A stretch of DNA of 64,000 nucleotides from Seison nebaliae (taxonomy: Eukaryota), in assembly GCA_023231475.1 (NCBI GenBank), contig JALJEE010000232.1, positions 1 through 64,000 on the forward strand, given 5' to 3'. The notes under the pieces are model-generated. The model saw only the letters and a list, made by a program, of their open reading frames with translations. It did not search any database and was not told the origin of the DNA. A program made the translations under genes and the position numbers. Each line of letters opens with the position of its first letter. Within the stretch, counting starts at the first letter, position 1. Positions 1-12,656 of the stretch are shown one piece after another.

Positions 1-919
1 TTAATAAAAAAAGTATTTTAAGTATATAACATCAAAATGTAAAGCTTTTGGACTGTATACTTTTTTTAAAAATTAATGTGTTTTGACTATGCACCTTAGC
101 AAAAATCATTTTCGTCGGAATACCTCCTACGCGGGAAGTTATTCTTTCGCGACGAGTTTTTCCGTTTGCGCTGAAAGTTCGTTCTTTTGTAAGTTGAGTT
201 CGTAATACGATCATTATAAATATTTACCAAAAGAATCTTAAGTAGAGATAGATTGTATCGATTACAATATTTAGAGGCGAAATAAAAAATAACAGAAATT
301 GTCCTTACATCTTCTCTTCCCCGACAATTCCAAAACATTCGATTCTGTCAACATTATTTTTGTCGTTGATCATCTTCTATTTCAAGGCGTCCAATCGTCA
401 ATCGTTAAGTTTCGTCCCTATCTTCCGTTGAACTCACACTTACTCACAGTTGTCAGTTTCTGAGGTTTTTTAGGAAATACGTTTTGTATTTTCGTTCGTA
501 TTTTCATTCCACATTTGTTCCAAAATGAAAGAAAATTCAAAAAATAATCAAATTAAAAACGGCACCATAAAAACAAACTAACTGAATAACTTTAATTTAC
601 TGAAAAGAACTGTCTGTAAATTTCTCTTAATTTCTTCCTATTCTTAATATTACCTTTTCTGATTTTTATAGTCATTGATAGATCATTTACCGGAATGTGT
701 TTATGGGAAATGAAAATGGAGAACGTTCACTCTTATTTTGGTTTTCATGAAAGGTGTTTTTCTACTGGGAAAGTAGAGAAGTTTGAAAAATTTAAGTTGT
801 TTTGGCTAAGAAGTTTAATTGATGATTTGGAAAAAAAATTCGATTATTATTTTCTTAGAGATGATGATGAAAGTTAGTGAAGAAATAGTTTAAATTCTTT
901 CACGTAACTGTCATATTGA

Positions 920-2506
920 ATGGATGAATTAATAGAATTGTTAGAGAATGAGCCGAATAGTTCTACGGACGATGAATCGATGAAAGAGACGAAGGAGGAA
1001 GAGGAAGGAGATGGAAACGGGGATGATGAGGAATTTGACAATTGTGTCATTTGTATGTGTCCGTTCACTGTGAATGGAAAGCATAAAATGTGTTCATTGA
1101 ATTGTGGCCATGTGTTCGGACAGAGTTGTATTCTTGAATGGAATAAACAGACGATAGGAGGACATTGCACATGTCCAACATGTAAAAAGAAATCGCATGT
1201 TCTCGATTTTAGGTTAATTTATTTCGGGAAGAACCGTATCAGTGATAAGAGTGAGAGGGATGGATTAATAAATCAAATCAACGAGACGAAAGAGGAATAT
1301 GATCGATTGATGAATGATTTCAATACGTTGAAGGAAGAGAAATTTTGTTATACTAAATTATATGAAGCGGAATTGTTAAAGAATCGGAAAGCGATGAAAT
1401 TGGATAGTGAAACTTGTGGGAATTTCATTCGACATCACTCCACCGTCAATCTTTGTGGTGACGGTTCGTCCAATTCCAAATATATTCAATTCGATCGACA
1501 AAGAAAGAAGTTGCTGATATCACAAAAATTGCCCAAAAAAGATGGATGGGGCATCAAATGTTTAGACCCGACACGACCAATATCGGTCAGTTTGACGCCC
1601 ATCGGTTATTCCATCATTCGCGATATGAAATTGAACGAATCTTTCCGAAATGAATTGTTGTCGATTAGTGTTGATAATTCGATTTATATCTCGTCACCTG
1701 TCGACCATCGAGAGAAGTTAAGTGTCGACACTTCGATGTTCACTCGATCAGCCTCGGCCTGTTGTTGGTCGAATGTGAATGAAAATTTATTTATGGTGGG
1801 AGATGAGTCGGGTGCTCTCCATTTATATGATAAGAAGAATACTAGTCGTCCAGTTCATACTCTTTCTTCGAATGACAACAACCCCATCATTCGACTGATC
1901 AACGGGAAAGTGAAAGATAAAAATTTATTTTTAGCCACATCCTTCACCGGTCACATTAATTCTATAAACGATTTAACAACAGCCGCGACCGTTGTCGCAT
2001 ATCCGATAAAACAAACAGAGAAAGAATTGGAGAGAAATCGATATAACATCACATCGACTATTTTTGCGGAAAATAATATTTTCGTTTCATATCGTGCCAT
2101 CGAAAACCGACCGATGGTAGATCAGTGCCATTATCAATTAGTGGAGAATTCTTCAAATCCATCAATCGAACCATATCATCTCAACGGCGTCTCAATCAAA
2201 GCGTCAACTCCGAAGAATATTTTCATCACACGATCCAAAGCGTCTCTCGTTTATCCGTCATCAACGGCGTCAGGTGTTTACGCTTTTACTGACGAAACGA
2301 AAAATAATTTCCAAATCGTCTCCTTTAACAATTTACTCGTCGATCATACATGGGAATTCAACACGAAAACGTTCGTTCGAGATTTCACTATGCTTCACTC
2401 ACAATCTAGTAAATTAGAGAAGATTTATGCTCTCACTGATTCTGATCTCTATATATACGATTTCGTCCACACCAGCAAATGGAATTATTTAGTCCCAGAT
2501 TTATGA
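920..2506 (+). CDS. RFWD3: RING finger and WD40 E3 ubiquitin ligase, RFWD3-like
   Basis: Intronless 528-aa ORF. Acidic N-terminus, RING 'CVICMCPF...SLNCGHVFGQSCILEW...CPTCKKK', coiled coil, then WD40-like repeats ('IIRDMKLN', 'CCWSNVNENLFMVGDESGALHLYD'). This matches the RFWD3 architecture. Confidence 0.85.
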   Translation: MDELIELLENEPNSSTDDESMKETKEEEEGDGNGDDEEFDNCVICMCPFTVNGKHKMCSLNCGHVFGQSCILEWNKQTIGGHCTCPTCKKKSHVLDFRLIYFGKNRISDKSERDGLINQINETKEEYDRLMNDFNTLKEEKFCYTKLYEAELLKNRKAMKLDSETCGNFIRHHSTVNLCGDGSSNSKYIQFDRQRKKLLISQKLPKKDGWGIKCLDPTRPISVSLTPIGYSIIRDMKLNESFRNELLSISVDNSIYISSPVDHREKLSVDTSMFTRSASACCWSNVNENLFMVGDESGALHLYDKKNTSRPVHTLSSNDNNPIIRLINGKVKDKNLFLATSFTGHINSINDLTTAATVVAYPIKQTEKELERNRYNITSTIFAENNIFVSYRAIENRPMVDQCHYQLVENSSNPSIEPYHLNGVSIKASTPKNIFITRSKASLVYPSSTASGVYAFTDETKNNFQIVSFNNLLVDHTWEFNTKTFVRDFTMLHSQSSKLEKIYALTDSDLYIYDFVHTSKWNYLVPDL

Positions 2507-3552
2507 TTTTCGTTTTATCCTGCATAACTAATATTATGTGAAACTGATTTGTTTATCAAAAATAATTGTCTAGAAATTCTGCAATTCTGAATTATGAAAA
2601 TAAAAATTTTTTGGAAATTTTTATATTTTTTAATATTAAAAAACTTTTCAAACCATTCAACAATAACGATTTCTGTGTCACAGAAAATCACATACAAATT
2701 CCTGAGAGACGACGAAAAAAATAAAATATTTGAAGAAACTTATATCGTATCTTTCTTTAATTTATTTTTAGCAGAACGATATTAAAATATTCAAATATTT
2801 TTCAAACTGAAAAAAAGAAAATTTTTTTTGACATGTCTAAAATGAATAATAATTAATTTAATCATTGAATGATTATCATTCAGTTGTTTGGGGAATGACA
2901 TCTTCTTCCAAGTTAATAAGGATGATGAACAATTCTTGAATTTGTACGAAACAATGACAACCATTAACGAGGAAATTAGAATAGTCCTTAAAATATAATG
3001 AACTATAGACAGAAGAGAATAAGCGTCGGAAAAAATAGATTTCTGTGTGCTCCTACTAGAACTTCTCAATTTGTTCCTATCTCTTTATTACAAGTTTGGG
3101 ACACCGTTATGTTTCCCGATGTAAGTAGATTCATGAACTAGATAACATGTATCCGTTGCAATGTTTAATTATGATATTATTAGAATCCTATTGGAAGACT
3201 GTCTCTCCATCAGTTTTGTTCTCCTTGTATTGTTTTTTATTAAAGAATAGACCAAATGAAAAATTTCATACAACATTGTTAGTAATGGACTGTCTTTTTT
3301 TAATAACTTTTAATACCAAAATTTTTTTGAATCAGGATGAGTTCAACACTAGAATTTTTGCATCAAAAATTTCTTCATGAAAAATGATGTCATTTAACTT
3401 TGTAAATTCTCAGCTTTATCTCAATTGGACCACAAGTGAAGTGGCTGCGCTCAGGATTTATTTAATTCAAATTAAAATAAACAAATAATACATAAAATTA
3501 AGAAGTATTTTCTTGACGACGATGGAAAGAAGTATGAGACTGAAAGAAGTTA

Positions 3553-4031
3553 TGTAGTACTATGCTTAATGGCACCAATATTTTATCGTTACTCTAACTT
3601 CAATGGGCTATTCGCCCAGTACACCCATAATATTCGCAAGAATGAATTCGCTTATTCGCTAGTAGGTTGATAAATTATTGTATTTTAATCTCTTCTTAAA
3701 TTGTTGAATTCTGGTCGTCGATCATTTATGGTCTGGTGAACGTAACTTATGCGTAGTTGTGGTTAGGTGGTGAAAATATGTGGGGATAGTTTAGGGGGAA
3801 TCTCTTGGTATGTGCGAGAATGTGCGAAGACTATATAATGATATCGATAATTCGTCTGGAACGTATCGATATTATTAATGATATTTTGATAGTTCTTATC
3901 GCTTCCACAGATGGTGATGGTTAACTGATGGTTGTGGTTGATAGCTTGATAGAGTCTGTTAATAAATGATTAATAGCCCATTGAACTTAGAATAACGATA
4001 AAATATTGGGGTCATTAAGCACAGCACTACA
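3553..4031. mobile_element. Non-autonomous TIR element (MITE-like), about 480 bp
   Basis: 3550-3612 (ttatgtagtactatgcttaatggcaccaatattttatcgttactctaacttcaatgggctatt) is the reverse complement of 3972-4034 with only a handful of mismatches. Termini TGTAGT...ACTACA are flanked by TA on both sides. No internal ORF. Confidence 0.8.
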
Positions 4032-4514
4032 TAAGTGTAGTTTCCTTGTCAGATAAATTTCCACCGACTTCCAGACTAATAATTTTATTCATTTGATTGT
4101 TACAAGTATTAGAATTTCGAGTGAATGATGAATTTTTCGGACTAATTTTATTTTCGGCTCATTCGCTGACTTTCGGCATTCTTCGCCATCAACAATTTTC
4201 CCGTTCTTGCTAATTATTTTGCGAAATTAACTTCTTTTTTATACTTTATCCAAATTGAAATTATACTTACAATTTGTTAAATAAATAATTATAATAAAAT
4301 GGATAAGTTGATTTTATTCAATGTTTTCGTTTCAATGTTTACAATAGAATTTTGAAGAAAACACGCGAAAAATTGAAAATGTTAATTTTCGATATAATTA
4401 AATTTGGTGCAAGAAGAAAAGATGTTAACTTCCGTATGGTTAATAGAAAATGTTGGTGAAAAAATAAATGTGCAATCAGAGAAAAACATGGAGAAAGGAA
4501 AAGAGAAGTTCCAT

Positions 4515-7500
4515 TTAACGTTTTCGACAATCACGTCGAAGAATACGTAGGAAAGTTTTTCGAAATTGATTGTTAGCGAGTGCATAGCAAAAAGGATTAA
4601 TTGGTGAATTAAGATAACAGAGCCAGTAGGAGACATTATATAAATCTTCGTTGACCAAATCGATTCGATAGCCTCGAATGACACTCAGTATATGCCACGG
4701 CGTCCAACAGAAGAGGAAAGCGCCCATAATAATCGTTATTGTCCTCAAAGCCTTTCTGGCCCGATTCTCTGAACTCCTCGATCTTGGTTGTTGTCGATGT
4801 TTCATGTTCGTCACTGCATGTGATATCGTTCCACTGATGAAGTCGCGATTCTTTCTCTTGTTATGTCGATGTCGACTACTCCCCGTTCGCGATACGTTAA
4901 AAACTCGATTACGGAGATTCCTTTTCTCATTCGTATTGGGATGACCATCGATAGCGGAGGCCATACCTATACAACTGTCGTCGGTGGGTGTTGGTGGATG
5001 GTCGAAACTGTCATAACTGTCCTTATGATGAGCTTTCATTAGAGAGCCAGAATTATCTTTCTTAGAAAGACTACTGTCATTCTTGCTTAATGTTTGAGGG
5101 ACGGCCGTCAAACGATTCAAAGTACTAATTGAACAATCGATTAATGACGACGAAGTTTTTCGTTGTCCAATCGAATATCGTATCATCGGTGTGGATAATG
5201 CGTCCTGATTATTCGTCATAGATGTACCGAAATTATTCGTGGTAAGAGAATTAGTTTCGATGAAGGTTCGATATGAATCGTTATTTAATTCCGATGTCGT
5301 CAATTGATCGGTTTGTTGTTGGAATAATAATTTCTTCGTTTCACCAGTTCTCAACATCTTCTTTATGTAATCTTTAAATGATACCGGTTTCTTATTCATC
5401 GTTTCCGTTCTTTTATCTTCTTCTTCTTCTTCTTCTTCTTCTTCTTCTTCTTCTTCTTCTTCTTCATGCGGCAATTCACATGATGGACTACTGAATAATC
5501 TCTTGGGATTATGTCCTTTCTCACTCATGAGAATCTCTTGAGAACAAAGTTCGTTATTCGGCTGCAAATAAGGTAAATTCTGGTTGGAAATTTGTTCATT
5601 CTCTCGATTGAGACTACCAGTGTCTTTGCGAATCAAATTGTTCGGATGATACGTGGTAGGCGACGGAATGAGTACGGAAACTGTGGAATTAACGACGGAT
5701 TCGGGACATGTCGTCCGTTTCTTTATTTTCAAGTTCTTCTGCAACGGACTCTTAGACAAATTCATTTGTCGTTCATGACGTTTCTGTCTCTTACGACAAA
5801 CGTAATAGAATGATGTGGGAGTGAGACAATGGTCGAATTTGGTCGTATGACGATTCTTTAACGTCGATGATTTATTTTCCTGATTCTGATTTTTCTCATG
5901 AACTTGATAACGTCGATGACGGTTCTTTTTCGGTTTGCTCTTACTCTTCCGTCCAATCACGTCACTATCACTATGAATACTGATCTTTCTCGATTTGTTT
6001 TTTCTTTTCTTCTCCATCTCATTCAACATTTCACTATCGTCGTTCGATTGATACAAATTTTTGTAAAGGAAATGGAACTGCTCCGTTTGAGACAATAACA
6101 TTGTCGACGAGGTGTTACGAATTTGACAGACACGTTCCGTTGATTTGGCTGATCGAGTAGTTTTCAAATAATTTTGATTTCGTCGTTTTCTTATCGACAT
6201 TTTCTTCTCATGCGATTTCCGTTTTTTCGATAATGTTGAAATGTTCTTCGTCGGTGTAGTTGTAGCATGGAGATTAGATGGAACGATTCGGTTCACTTTC
6301 GACGTCTCATGTTTCACGTCGCCAGTCTGTGAACGATTTTTATGTTTGGAATTATGTCGATTTCGATGTATCAATGGCAATTGATCGTCGGATGAATATT
6401 GTGATTTTCGATTGAATCTCTGACGTCGTTTATGATCTTTCAATCGTTGATTGATATCGATCGAATGAATCTTTTCGACGGACGATAATAAAGATTTCAT
6501 TTGATCATTATTAAATTTCTTCATGTTCAACGACGTAATCTGACAAATTCGAGGAGTTGTTTGACGTTTTAATGAATAATTTTTATTCTTCTTACTAGAA
6601 TTATTCATTTCGATATTCAGTTTACAAGTTTTTGCCGAACAGGTCCGAGTGAATTCAATGGGGACAGCAGACAAGGCGGTTTGAGTGGACGCCGCTATTC
6701 TTTTGTTAGTTGAAGTGATTTTTCCTTTTTTCATATTTCTCTTCTTCAACTCGGAAGAAAGAGGTGAATTATCTTTTGTTATATGATGAACGGGCAACGA
6801 TTCGATTTGTTTAAGAATAATTTCATCTGTATTTCGTTGAAAATCCAAATCGTGTTGAGCTGGTGAAGACAATAAAGATTTCCGTTTCGTTCCTAAATCT
6901 GACGGTTTTTCCGGTTTGATTTCTGGTCCCAATTTCGAGATTGATGAGAAAGTTGAGAAAGAATCTTGAGGTTTTTCAACAACTTCCAATGAATCGATTT
7001 GTTTATCATCCACTCGCACTAATGACGATTGTGACGGGGATAAGGAGGATGATAACGATCTCTCCTCCAACTTCAATGATGGTGATGATGAATTTGAAAT
7101 GGTTTTCGTTTTCAATTCTTGTCTCATCTGCTTCATTCGTGCCGTCCAATCTTCAGCATCCACATCGACTAATGTTTGAGGTTTGGGTGGAACTTCACTA
7201 ATGATTGCCTGATGCATTTTATATGGATTTTTGTTATTGGTTGTGTTATTTGTATCAAAATTATTAGTGGTTGTAGTAGCGGTGACGGTGGATGTTGGTA
7301 CGACACCTTTCCGACCAAATCGAGTAATTTTTATCATATTTGTCGGAGTGAAAACATTCGAATGATTTTTAGTCACTCCAACATTTTCCTTCTTTTTCAA
7401 TTTCTTATTTTTCCGTTCTGTCGAAATCATTCGAGCATAAACGATCGATGAATTGGATGTTTGACTAATGTTGGACGAATAATCGAAATCATCGACATTT

Positions 7501-8157
7501 CCTGCGTATTCTTCCGCTTCGTCCGAATCGTTTACGTCGTTATAGAATGATCGCTTCATGGAATCCTTATTGTAAGTGTGTTCGGAGATTTGAGAGACGT
7601 CATTGGAAATCATTCGATGTCGTAATGGATTCCAACTACGATTCTTCTTATTCACTAGAATTTTTCCTTTCAACTCTTCACTCTTCATCGATTCTCGATC
7701 CATCATTCTTTTGGACGACATTTCCTGTTTCTTCCGATTGCGATCTTTTATCAACACGTTCGATATTGGAGTGATTTTCGTCTGATTCTTCTCACTCTTC
7801 ATGGCGATGGTCGTTATCATATTCGTCGATTTATTGTGAACGGACGACGTATCAGTTTGTGTGATGATTACCGCGTTTGTCGACGGTATTGATATGGTAC
7901 CGAATGTTGTTGTTGTTGTTGCTATTGTTGATGCTTTCGATGAAACGGGTAATAATGAGGTTGACGAATTGATGTTATTCTGATTATGATCTTGATCATC
8001 ATCCATTAAATCTCCTTCATTCAAATCGATAATTAAAGAATCTTCTCTTGATTTATCTTTCAATTTCCTCGAAGTATCTTCCGATGTTAATTGTTTGAAA
8101 TCGGAACGACTATCCTTATTCTTGGTAACCAATAACGTTCCCGAAACATTCACTCCT

Positions 8158-8189
<32 letters not shown>

Positions 8190-8963
8190 GTTATTATTGT
8201 TATTGTTTGTTGCATTATTATTATTTGCATAACGTGTACTCTTACCGCCCACTAATCGATTAACTTTTCGTTGTTTCAATCTTGATCGCTTCTCCAGACT
8301 ACTTGCAACACGATAAATGAAAACGTAGAGAACGATCATGACGATTAACGTCGACCAGAAATAGCAGCAAATTAGAACGAAATTAAATTGAGCATTCTTC
8401 ACAAATTTCGCTTCGCATTGATTGTCATCATTTTGGTCTTCTCGTACGAAATAACGCCAACCAAGAATGGTGGTGAAGAAGATAACGGCGGGTAAGAACC
8501 ATGTCGTCATGATAATGATGACGACTTTTCGCTGAGTTCTCCATTTGCGATATTTTGCCGGAATCTTCACAGAACAATACCGATCGACTGTTATGGCCAA
8601 GACAGTATAAATGGAGGTCAAACAAACGGTGTAGTCCAATGAGAGCCACAATTCACAAATGATTCTACCGAAGCTCCATTGACCCATCAGGATGTAGGTT
8701 GAGAAGAGTGGCATTGAGAAGAGTCCGAGAAGACAATCACTCACAGCCAAAGAAAAGATAAAATAATTAGTGGCATGACGGATTTGTCGTTCGAGAAAGA
8801 AACTGAGTAATACAAGAACGTTACCCGCCACCGTTATGAAGCTCGTAATTCCTGCGAGCAATCCTAAGAAAATGATGAGTGGCAACGGATATTTAGAGGA
8901 AGTAGCCGCCACTACCACATCAGTATGACTGGTCGTCCACAATCGATTACTGCTCACATTCAT
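4515..8963 (-). CDS. Muscarinic acetylcholine receptor, B-type/GAR-2-like (minimal model from the first ATG; the frame is open far upstream)
   Basis: 7TM motifs: TM1 'ITVAGNVLV', TM2 'NYFIFSLAVSD', TM3 'LWLSLDYTVC' with amine-binding Asp3.32, 'DRYCSVKIPAKYRKWRT' (B-type-like), TM6 'KALRTITIIMGAFLFCWTPWHI', TM7 'SYWLCYLNSPINPFCYALAN'. ICL3 is about 1,190 aa. First in-frame ATG is at 8963. Confidence 0.92.
5416..5465. repeat. (TTC)n microsatellite encoding poly-Glu in receptor ICL3
   Basis: About 16 tandem TTC units (GAA on the minus strand). Confidence 0.9.
8161..8225. repeat. (ATT/GTT)n repeat encoding poly-Asn in receptor ICL3
   Basis: Translates as NNNNATNNNNNNNNNNNNNNNN on the minus strand. 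Confidence 0.9.
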
Positions 8964-11900
8964 GAATGGGTTGAGTGGAAGCAATGGCGATTGAGTTCCA
9001 TACTCGATGAAAATTGAATGATTGAAATGGTTTCGAAATTGCGGCAGATAATACTTTCGCTTGCTAAAGTTATCTGATTTATCTGGTTGTTTCGGTGTGG
9101 TGGATGAGAAGTTGCTTGATGGAACGGTATAATAAGATAAAGGTGAAAATCGTGGAAATTTATGAGATTCCGATGTCGGTGATGGTCGTTGTTGATGATA
9201 ATCCAATGTAACGTTATTCAAAGGTGAATCGGTTGTGTGAGCGTTACTAAATTTCACTTCATTCAAAATACGATAAAGATGCTCTGAAAATTTATCAGAT
9301 TTCTTCGAATTATCGATTAGATTTGTATCAATATTCTTATCGTCAAACAAGATGGCACGACTATGTTTCTGAGACGGTTGCGTATGGATCGATTTGTTGA
9401 ATAACAAATTCTGACAATGAATACAAATATCATTCAAGAACGTATGTAATTGATCGTTGGTTGTAGTTCGTCTGTGTAATTGAAGACAATATTGAGCCAA
9501 TAATGATCGATCGATAGTGATGATGGTTCGTAATCGATTCGATAGTTCGATGTGAATATTAGCGGTCGAATTGGACGAGCAATTATATGTTTGATTGAAA
9601 GTGGACAGAACGTTCTCGACTAATTCGACGTGAATAGCCTTCCCACTACCCAACGTTAATAGAAGGAAGATGGAAATCAGATTTCTGCGGTTGTTTGGTA
9701 GGAAAACGGGAAAATAACTTTCACTTATTCGAGAATTATGTTCACGTTTTGTCGACGAATAATGAAATGGTTTTATTCGATTCTCTCGAAAATATCTCTC
9801 GTTCTCTAAATTCTTTCCATTACTCTTCTGATTCTCATGAGATGACGTATAGAGTTGACATGCACTTGTAAAATTTATCGAATAATCTTTCTCACTCAAA
9901 TAAGTCGAATTGGAGATTGACCCATAATCAAATAATTGTCGATATAGTAATGAAAAATCATAAAATGACACAGAAGGAAGTGAATGGAGAGCATTGAATT
10001 GACTCGATCGAATTCGGTTGGATTTATTTTGGATGATTAGTTTGAAAATCGATTCAATATCATTCTCAATTGTGGTTCTTTTTGTTGTTGTTGTTGTTGT
10101 TGTGATGATTGAGGGTTGTGGAGGAACTGAAGAAAGACAATTTACAAGTCGATTAAAAAGAAAAATTGCCGATGAAGTTGGAGGAGGATGTTGTGTTGAT
10201 GATTTGGATAATAATCGAAATGGTTCTATATGTATTGAATGTTCAGAATTGTAATGATGGAAGAAAATGAAACAATGGAATTGGATAAACTTGCAAATCG
10301 ATTGTAAAGGATATGATAATGATGATGATGATGATGATAATAATGATGATAATATACAATTTTTCAAAGATGTTAATTCATACACGTATTGATATATCCT
10401 ATCTGATCGGAACGTTCGAGATGTTAATGCTACTATTAGAGATGGAGGAAAAGTTCGTCCTTTTCTTCTTATCTGATCACTATAATCGAATAGATCGACT
10501 AGGATCTCCTTTATCTGATGTTGTTGGTGAGTGTGGGAACGTTGGAAGAAATGAGAGACGGTGCCAATACGTGTGAAATTGATGGAAGTTGTTAATAATA
10601 GAATTATGCGACAATCCCAATACAATTTTGTAGCATAAGTCAATTTTTGAATAATTGTCCGAAAGATGGTGGAGGATTCGATGGCATCGACTATGTTCAC
10701 CGTATCGACATAATCTGATGAATAATAATTATCATAAGGATGATGATGATGATGGTAATGATGACGGTGATTGTGAAGGTGATAAAAGCGAGTATTCTGA
10801 TTGTGATTAGGTGTGAGTGAGTTATTGTGAATGTATTGATGAGGAAGATCGATAATCGATAGATAGATGAATAAGAGGATGAATAGAATGCCTATCTGCC
10901 TCCTAGCATGAAATCTACTTTTCCATTGAAATATTGAATAGAGTTCATCATCAGTTCTACTGATTAGACAATGACAATAGTAGTATTTCCACCTCCTTCT
11001 CAAATGTCGATTGTCTATGAAACTATTTTCACAATTTACATATATTATTGAATTAAGAATAAATGCATCGCAATTATGAAAATATTTTACATCATTCCAT
11101 CTATCCAAATTATTCTCCTTCGATATATTACATGGATTTCTCCTCCTTCTCTTCCTCTTCCTCCTTCTCAAATATTCTTCTTGGTATTTTTGTTGATAAT
11201 ATTCCTCCTGCTCGTCTTCTTCTTCTTGCTCTTGTTGTTCTTGTTGTTGTTGTTGACGCGAAAACTTATTGGCACGTTCTTCTTTTTTAATGTTTCGTTG
11301 ATATTTATGAGGTCCTCCCGAATAATGTTCACGTTCAATTGTCTGAAGTGAATTGTTCTTTTGCTCCTTTTCCCACTTTTCTTTTTCTTCATTTAATCCA
11401 TTCCTCCATACTAGCACAATAATTATTGCAATTAGTCTTCTGATTGGAAGGATGATGAAGAGACATGACGATAAGAAGAAGAAGATGAATATTGCTAATG
11501 TTCTTAATTTTATTGGGAGAGTTCGAACATTTCTTGATTTTGTCAGGAATTCCTTCGATTCGACTTTCTCTCTCGTTAATGCGACGATAGTGGAGTGGTT
11601 GAGAGAAACGATATTAGTGAGAACGATTATTGATTGTGATGATCGAGCAATAAATTGAATTATCAATAATTCATTACAACATAACACATCGGTAACTGGT
11701 CGTCGTATGTGCAGACGAGTTTGCTTGATATGAAACGAATAAGATGAGAAATGGAAAAGCGTCAATTCCCATTCACGAAACGGTTTTGAGAAAGTTCTAT
11801 TTGGTGTTAATTCCGAATATTTCTGAGGTGATCGTTGCAAGCGAATGCAGGATGAATGTAAAACCGAAGAAATATGAAAACGATTTGAATGGTTTTCGTT

Positions 11901-12656
11901 CTGATGATTTATTAATGATGTCAATTTAACGATATCTTCAAAATCATCAAACTGATTACGTGTGAATAGAGAATGTTCTAATAAGATGGTATGATTAGAA
12001 GGAGTCGTTGAATGTTTATTGCTCGATATTCTCTGTCCCACTGATTTGATCTCTTCTCTTCTTCTTTCATCAGTTACGGCTCGTCTCTTCTCATTTATTC
12101 CTCGTCTGTCTTTTACACCAAACGATTCTGACGCAATACAATTACACAATGGCTTAATCGATTTATGACATCGATCTTGTATCTTCAGGCACTTCTCATA
12201 AGATTGTGAGGAGGATGAGAATTTATGAAAATCGTCAGCAAAAGTATAAGAATCATCAAATTCAGATAATGACGAATAAGAAGAACAATTGGAACAGCAG
12301 CAACAACAACAACAATAATAATAATAATAATAAATTAATTGAATCGATTGTTGTCGTCCTTTACGGTTGTGATGAGGAGAATCGAACGAATTGATATGAT
12401 TTCTGATATGTTTTTCTAGACTAGTGAGAGTTCGTTGGAGGATATGTCGAAGGAGAATAATCCGTAATAGAATCGTCTGAAAGAAATTATTGGTAGTGGT
12501 AGAACGAATTGGTCGTTCATTCTCCTTTCTTCGTACCTTCTTCCAATAATTTCCTCGTCTTCTTCCAGTAGAATTGGTGGGAATGGAAGGAAAAACTAGT
12601 CTGAAATATTCGAAGTTTAACCGATTACCATTCGGGAATAAGTAGACTAAAAGTGA
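8964..12656 (-). other. Stop-free, Met-free in-frame upstream extension of the muscarinic receptor ORF (1,231 codons)
   Basis: The provided 2544-aa ORF starts at TTG (12149) and has no further Met until MNVSS. Manual translation upstream stays open and ATG-free to a TAG at 12659-12657. Confidence 0.85.

Noticed and set aside
32..540. Short minus-strand ORFs at the window start
   Set aside because: No consistent spliced model or recognisable domain could be built.
2870..3400. Minus-strand stretch that reads like a decayed coding sequence
   Set aside because: It has multiple stops of all three kinds and no recognisable motif, so I cannot support a pseudogene or recoding call.
12147..12149. 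ORF-track 'Met' start of the 2544-aa ORF
   Set aside because: The codon is TTG, not ATG, and the frame continues open to 12656, so nothing singles it out as the start.
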